DNA of 64,000 nucleotides from the NCBI RefSeq assembly GCF_009914755.1, contig NC_060933.1. The stretch is one strand, 5' to 3'. The translations under genes and the position numbers were made by a program. A model generated the notes under the pieces. It had not been told where the DNA came from and did no database searches. It saw only the letters and a list, made by a program, of their open reading frames with translations. The stretch is from the human T2T-CHM13v2.0 reference genome, Homo sapiens. Shown here one piece after another: positions 54,117 through 64,000 of the stretch. Positions within the stretch are counted from its first letter, which is position 1. Each line of letters begins with the position of its first letter.

Positions 54117-55669
54117 AAGGGGCAAAACCAAAGAACAAAAAAAACCCTGAGACTGACTGAGTGGCTCTGAACAGGGCCTGCTCCAAGGCCATGACCCCAC
54201 CCAGCCCAACATGGGCTAAAGAAAACAAGAAACACCATCCCGTCTCCATGATAAGCACCACGGGGCCTCTCTCGGGCCACCAAGGAGGGCAGAGAGGGGA
54301 GGCTGCCTCCCAGGACTTCTCCAGGGCTCCGAGGCTCCCTGCACAAAGGATCAGCCGCTTCCCGCTTCCCCTTAGCAGGGGTGTGGGCCATCCTGGACCC
54401 TGGTGGCCACACCTTCTAAAACAAGGCAGCAGCAGGAGGAGACTGAGGCATGAAAGGGGGGTTATGTGCCAGGCACACTGGCGGGGGAGGACAGTGACTC
54501 CCCTCAGGACGTGCCTTCCACTCCCCACACCACGCTGCACCCAGGCCTCAGGTGGGCTCCCTGCCCACACTGTGTCCAGCTCGGAGGACTCGAAGTCTCA
54601 GCTGGGCGTGCCCCTGTGGGATAGGTGCTGCCCCCAAAGACTGCAGGAGATAAGAGGAGACCCTCAATTCTCCAGATGCCTTCCCTTCCGAACCCTGCCA
54701 TGTGTCCTATCCTTGTGGGTCTGTCCATCTCATCTCCGAGGCCCAGACCATCTCTCCCACCGCAGCCCAGCAGCCAGTCCGAACCCCGACCCTCCCTCGC
54801 CCGCTGCCTATCGGTCCTTCCAATCTCAATGGAGGCACCCAAAAGTTTGTCTCTCCTTGTGACCCTTGCAGGCCAGCATGGAACAGGAGCAGGTTCAGAC
54901 ATGTCTCTACCTGACAGCAAAGGAGCAAGGGCATTCTGAGGGGGCCTGCCCTGGGAGACCTCCATATCCCCGGCTCCAGTCAGGACTAACCCTTGGGCTA
55001 GTCCTCAGATGTTTCCTCAACTCCAGGCTTAGGTACCCCACAGCCTCCTCCCCACTAATAAGCACCTCAAGCTTCCTGTGTCCCCAAACCACGCTCCTCA
55101 CCTCCCCAAAGCTGAGATGCCTCCGAGACAGCCCAGGTGGAAGCCCACTTGGAGCCTAAGTCTTTCCAATGGCTCAGGCCAAAATCCAGGGTGTTCTGTG
55201 CTCCCCGACCCCCACCATGACCCACCCCAGATCCAAGCTGGCAGCAAGTCCTCTGGGTCCACCTTCAAATAAGCGCTGAAGGGAGCCACTCCTCATCGAC
55301 ATTGCTGCACCGTGCCCACACCAGCACCGCTCTCCCAGACCACCTCACAGCCTAACCGGGTGCCCGACACCCCCACAATGGCCCATTTTCCCCAGAAGCC
55401 AGGGGTCTTCCCCAACCCCTCAAACTCCCCCACCCACCACCTCCTCTCCTACCCCTACCCTTCCTGACTCTGCCTCAGCCCACTGCCCCCCACCACCATT
55501 TCAGTGCTCCCTGGACACCCAAGACTTGCTCCTATCTGTCTCAGGGCCTTTGCTCCTTTGTTCCCCATGCATACGGTGCTCCTCCCCAGGCACAGGCATG
55601 GCGCCAGCCTTGGCTCCATCAATCAGCCCAGCTCCCCTTGTAGAACCCGTCTCATCTCCTTCTCTGCTT

Positions 55670-55980
55670 TATGTATTTATTTATTTGTATTTTATTTTTA
55701 TGTATTTATTTGCATAGGGTCTTGCTCTGTCACCCACGCTGGGGTACAAGCTCACTGCAGCCTTGAATACCTGGCCTTAAGTCACACTCCCACCTCAGCC
55801 TCCTGAGCAGCTGGGACTACAGGTGCATTTCACCATGCCTGGCTGATTTTCTATATTTTTATAGAGATGAGGGTCTCACTATGTTGCCCAGGCTGGTCTC
55901 AAACTCCTGGCCTCAAGTGATCCTCCCATCTCGGCCTATCAAAGTGCTGGGATTTACAAGAGTAAGCCATTGCCCCTGGC
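55670..55980 (-). mobile_element. Alu (AluJ-like) within L2-like sequence
   Basis: (TATT)n tail; GGGTCTCACTATGTTGCCCAGGCTGGTCTCAAACTCCTGGCCTCAAG. Confidence 0.88.
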
Positions 55981-57142
55981 ATCTTTTTCCGCTTTATTTC
56001 TCCCCCTTGTAACTCCAGTCATACCTGACCTATTGATCTCCTTTGGGGTCTGTCTGCCCCAACAGTAAATACTATTTCCTCTGCTGATGCCCCACTGCCC
56101 AGGCATAAGGGACCCAGGGCAGGAGCTCAGTGAACTGTGCATGACAGGCCATGGAGGACCCACCCTCCCCTGGGCGATGTGGGATAGAGACAGGGAGGCA
56201 AGGTATGCCTACCCAGACCAGCTGGGCTGCCCCAGCACCAGGAACAGGCTGCCGTGGGGGCCACAGCCCGCCTACACTCTGAGGAACAGCGATCCACACA
56301 ACGGCAGCAGAGAAGGCGTAAAACCACGAGGCCTCTGCACATAGATGAGAATGTGTCAGACGCACCCAGAAAGCTATTCAATGAAAGGGCTTGTTTCACG
56401 GGCTTCACTGGCGGGCATGACAGCATTGCCCACATGTTCACTCTCTGCAAAGAAAAATGGGCCATTTTGAGGGATATAAATAGCCCGGCCAGATGTGGAA
56501 GTGCCTGAGGGGCTTTTCCCAGGACTCCAGCGTGTGTCCTGCAGCTGCATAGATAGCAGCCCCTCAGTGGGACCCCAGGGGTGGCCAAAGCAAGTGAAGG
56601 TCAGGGCCTGAAAGGGTTACGTGGGGACCCTCCTCCCACGGGAAGGCAGGATGGGGCTCATCACAAACCATCACTGACCTGCAGGCTGAGCACGCCCATT
56701 GATGCATTCAGGGTACAGCTGGGACATGGAAAATCAGTGGCAAATACACTGTGTAAGTCTTACCCACAGAAAACAAGGGAGACACAAGCCCGGATAGCAC
56801 GGGGCCTTTTGGGGAGGGGTATGCTCACTGAAAGCACAGGCCCGGGAGCCCGGCAGATGTACAATCTCAGTGGTGAAACCTGGCTATTTGCTAAGGCCCA
56901 GCAGGCTATTTTGTAATTGTCTGCAAAAATGCAAAATAATAGCACTTAAAGCTGGCTAAAAACACTCTCAAAGCCTGATACGGTTGTTACAAGTCACTAG
57001 CTCCCAACTACAGAGGCGGGGCCTGAGCAGGAGAGGAAGTCAAATCCAAGGGCACCAAAGAGCAGTTTAGATCCTACACCTACCAGGCGAGCCACAGGTA
57101 TAATTTCAGATGCTCTTAGAAGTCACGCTAAAAGACTAAGTT

Positions 57143-59488
<2,346 letters not shown>

Positions 59489-59497
59489 GACTAAGTT

Positions 59498-59700
59498 TGC
59501 TTTAGTAATATATTTTATCTAACCCAATACACATCCAAAATACAATCCTTCTGCATGTCATGCACGCAGGTCATGAACAAGGTAGTGCATCTTGCCTTCT
59601 GTGTGCAAACTCTTTGTAACTGCTCAAGGCATCTCGGCTCTGATCAGCACACTTCTGGTGCTCTGTATCAGGTGTGGTGTCCAGCTAGGATACTAAGCAG
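59498..59700 (+). mobile_element. MER33-like hAT DNA transposon remnant, right part (left part ~57087-57142), split by the PA2G4 retrocopy
   Basis: TAATATATTTTATCTAACCCAATA..CATCCAAAATA on the right and GAGCCACAGGTATAATTT on the left match recalled MER33 consensus. Confidence 0.6.
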
Positions 59701-59807
59701 GGATCCTATGAGGCATAAGGAGGCAGTACCACCCACACAGCCACTGATAGGAGGAGGTGCTATGGATCTGAGTGTGTTGAGGGTGTGGAAGCTTCTGGTT
59801 ACTATAA

Positions 59808-60463
<656 letters not shown>

Positions 60464-61560
60464 TGTCCCGTCCTGTTAAAGCAGCTTTGGGATGCACGGC
60501 TTGACCATGCTTCCTCTGAAGTGACCTGCTGCACTGTCTCTAGACTGCATGGCTTATCTCCAAAGCCAGGCTTCAGAGAGGAAAGCTCACATTGTTCATC
60601 ATTAGTCAGAGTAATGCACAGGACCCTGAGTGCCCATCAGGGATGGGATCTTGGGTGTTTTCCAGGTAACAGCCTCACAGGGCTGCAGCAGAGGACCTGG
60701 GACACCCTCCTGGGCCTCCTGAAACATGCAGAAGTAATTACCTCCCCTTTCAGTGTCATTTAATTAAATCTACAGTCTTCCTGCTCTCAACTCTGTGAGA
60801 CGTGGAACTGTATCTGCTAAAAATAAAGCCCAGCTCCTATGAACAGGGCTCCATCCCAGTGCAGGTGAAGCAGCCCTGCCTCCAAGCAGTGGGGCACACT
60901 CAGACCCTAGGGAGGCTGGGCAGCACCCACACAGTGCACTTTATAAAGACTACAGGGTTGTTGTAAATTAAGAAGGAAGAGCTTAAATGCAGGCGGTATC
61001 AAAACAACCACCAAACTCAAAGGAATTCACTTTCTGCACTCAACTCCCCATAAGCACATGCAAGTGTAAGAGTTTGGGTCTAAGAAATCACACGCAAGAC
61101 ACAGCATTGTATCCTGTGGCTCTCTGGCTCCCCCAGACAGATGTCCAAGCCAACCTGTGCTCCTTTCTCTGAGGACGCAGAGCCCTTTGCTGCCTGTCTT
61201 ATCCTATGCTTCTAGGGGAAGCTGCTGGAAGGCGATGGCCCCCAGGCCGTGTTTCCAGCCACGTCCAACAGGCCTGCAGTAGAGACCCCAGTACCCCAGA
61301 CCAATCTAAGCCAGGCCTCCCAGAACCATCTGGTCCCGGCCCTCGCTGGGTGGACACACAGCCCTGACGGTCAGGTTCCTGTGGTGGCCGTGCTGTCTCC
61401 AGGACTCAGCATCACAGGGCCTGGCCCACAGTGGCACCGGGAACCACAATGCCTGCTTTGTCCCCACACAAAGGCTGGCAAAGCACCTTATATGGGCCAC
61501 TTCACGCTGGGAAAAGTCCCTTAAAAGTTATTTTTGCTTCTACTTCAACCCAAGTTCTAG

Positions 61561-61792
<232 letters not shown>

Positions 61793-63599
61793 TAGAATAT
61801 ATGACTTAATCTTCAGTATGTCCTTTGCAAATGGTCTTGTGTATGCAGACTATCTATGATGTGAAAGCTGCATCCAGGAAGATCCCAGCCTGGGCAAGAC
61901 CAGGAGGGCCAAGGCACCCCTGAGGCAGTAGGAGTCACAACCCGGCTTTCTAAAGGGGATGCAAGGACTTACATATCCTGCCTCTTACAGCTAAAGTCAC
62001 ATCTTGAAACGCCTTCTAACACAGACACACCTGCATCAACCTTTAATCCATGTCTCCAGGAGTGGCCACAGAAGGTGGTGTGGACGTGGCTGAGGCTCCC
62101 CTAGCTTGGTGTGGCTGACATGGTCAGCCCCCCCCAGATTTTCACTCCCTCCTCTATTTCCACACCAGATCTAGCAGGAGTGGACCTTGGGGGCCTTGGA
62201 CAGGTGGGCCCTCCACCAAATCAAACAGAGCAGCTTCTTCTGATGACCTCTTCTCTTCTGGTTCCATCCAAGCACGTAAACAAGCCGGAAACGAGAGACC
62301 TGCATAGGTGGCTGCTGGCCGAAGACGGTCCCTCCTGGGGCTACCGAGGGCACTTCCCACACCCAGTGAGAGTGTCAAACCGCAGTGGGTGTCCCACGGT
62401 GACGGCAGGGTGTGAGGGCAGCATTCTGCACAGGGTGAGTCCCCCAGAGCCTACAATCCTGCACAGCGCAAGGACATGTCCCATGCCAGCCCAGGCCACC
62501 CTCGGGGTGGCGAAGAGACACAGCCACGCCACAGCACTCCCAGCCCCCAGCTGACCCAGTGGGGCCCTGGCACAGGACTCTGCCCAGGCGTGTGCCTAGC
62601 ACGGGTGAGGAAGCCCCGCCCCTCGAGGAAGCTGCCCCGGGTGGCTCTGCCTCTTCACATTTACAGAGAAGGAAACTGAACCCATGAAGTGACGGGCCAG
62701 CCCATGGCCCAGCAGCCCTGCAGGGCAGGCAGCCCGATCCCAACAGTTGGGAGGGGGTGGGGACAGGGCCAGAGAAAACAGGTAGCCTGGGTCATAGCCT
62801 ACAACAATATCACTTCATCACGCTGTGCCTCCATGGCCTCATCCATGACAGGGAGGGCCCAGTGCCCTTTGGGGCTGCCATGACATGCGGACTCGCACCC
62901 ACATGCTGTCTGTGACAGGGCCCGTGTGGCCTGATGCTCTGAAATTTCAGACAACAAGCAGCCCCTTCGTCCACTCTGCACACTTGAAAGGCAGGGGTGG
63001 GAGCAAAGGTGTGGCAGCCCAGGGGGCTGTCCCCGGTCCACCTCACCCCAGCCCAAGCCACTGCCTTTGCCAGACCTCCCTGAACACGGGGCATGGGGGG
63101 TGTGAGTTAGTGGACAGAAGAGAAGCAACTGCCCACCAGATCCCGAAGACCCCTAGGGTCGGGTGAAAGACCACCTTCAACAACCCAATATGAACTCCTA
63201 GGCGCACCAGTCCTCAGGGGACAGTCCAGGCAGGGGCACCTCCTCAACTGGGGCCCTTCCCTTCCTGCCGGGGAAGCTGGTGCTGAGGCTGGGTACTGGG
63301 CTCACCACCAAACAAGCCACACTCAGCATTGCCTCGCTCATTGCCTCCCCTGCCCCACCCACTCTGACTTCCTCTATATCCACATCCCCTAAACCGACCC
63401 TTACCACTCCAGGCAGAACCACCTGAGCTTTCAGAGACAGGCCTTCCTCCCTCACTTTCCAGACACCTGCCTGGCAGGTCACACAGTGAATGGGCATCGC
63501 TGCTGACTGAGGAATGGAACACCGGGACAAGACCTTCTGAAAAGCCAGTTCCAAAAGGAACCATGGCTCTCAGGCAGACGCCGAGACGCCGACACTTAC

Positions 63600-63665
63600 C
63601 AAACCATCAGTGTCGTCAAACATTTCAGCACATGGTTTCTTTCCACTATCTGGTGTTAGCAGAGT
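63600..63665 (-). other. SEMA4D: SEMA4D non-coding 5'UTR exon (66 nt)
   Basis: Branch point-like ctaac and pyrimidine tract ending in tttcAG at 63667-63666; consensus donor TTG|GTAAGT at 63599; size agrees with my recollection of the SEMA4D UTR exon. Confidence 0.75.
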
Positions 63666-64000
63666 CTGAAACAGAGTTAGAAAAGGGCACATTTTAGCAG
63701 GATAAACTACCAGATTCCCTTACAATATACATACACACAATTCCATACCCCAACCCTGTGCGAAAAATGTCCCCCAGGGACTGCAAGAGCATCGTCCTAG
63801 AGAACTGTCAGTTATAGGATACAGCTTACCTGGCCACGTGAGACCAGAGGAGGCATCACAGCTAACAGACAAGGATTATCAAGAACTGGGAGGGAGGCAT
63901 CATCTGCACCTTCCTTCACCCTACCCATCTCTCTCCTCCCCTCTGCTCCTGGCCAGGCACCAACTTAGCAGAGAGCCTCTCCTTGGCTCAGCACACAATC

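Noticed and set aside
54161-54862. 233-aa ORF and overlapping ORFs on both strands
   Set aside because: Non-ATG start in GC-rich sequence with long frames on both strands; no recognisable protein

Overview
Mammalian, almost certainly human, genomic DNA: it is Alu-rich and the exons translate to what I recall as human SEMA4D. The whole window lies inside SEMA4D (semaphorin-4D/CD100), transcribed on the minus strand. Six coding exons with canonical GT-AG boundaries splice into a continuous 622-nt frame (aa 1-207: signal peptide and N-terminal Sema domain), and the gene continues off the left edge. Upstream lie a 243-nt 5'UTR segment, a ~50-kb intronic region with candidate 5'UTR cassette exons, and a 66-nt UTR exon near the right edge. 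The introns contain a full-length PA2G4 (EBP1) processed pseudogene on the + strand with poly(A) and a 13-bp TSD, many Alus, ERV1/ERVL/MaLR LTRs, old L1/MIR fragments and several tandem repeats. I see no prokaryote-type system (CRISPR, defence island) and no credible novel protein-coding gene. The most interesting structures are: (1) a 16 x 48-bp VNTR next to the first coding exon's donor, carrying four exact copies of that donor 9-mer and 14 ETS motifs; (2) a splice-dependent uORF arrangement in front of a weak-context start codon; (3) a ~165-bp non-Alu inverted repeat bracketing an enhancer-like spacer; (4) an expanded A33 run in the pseudogene that strengthens a cryptic acceptor on the SEMA4D strand; (5) a ~230-bp local duplication lodged inside nested LTRs. 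Repeat family names come from my memory of consensus sequences and were not verified by any search. Coordinates of old repeats are approximate.
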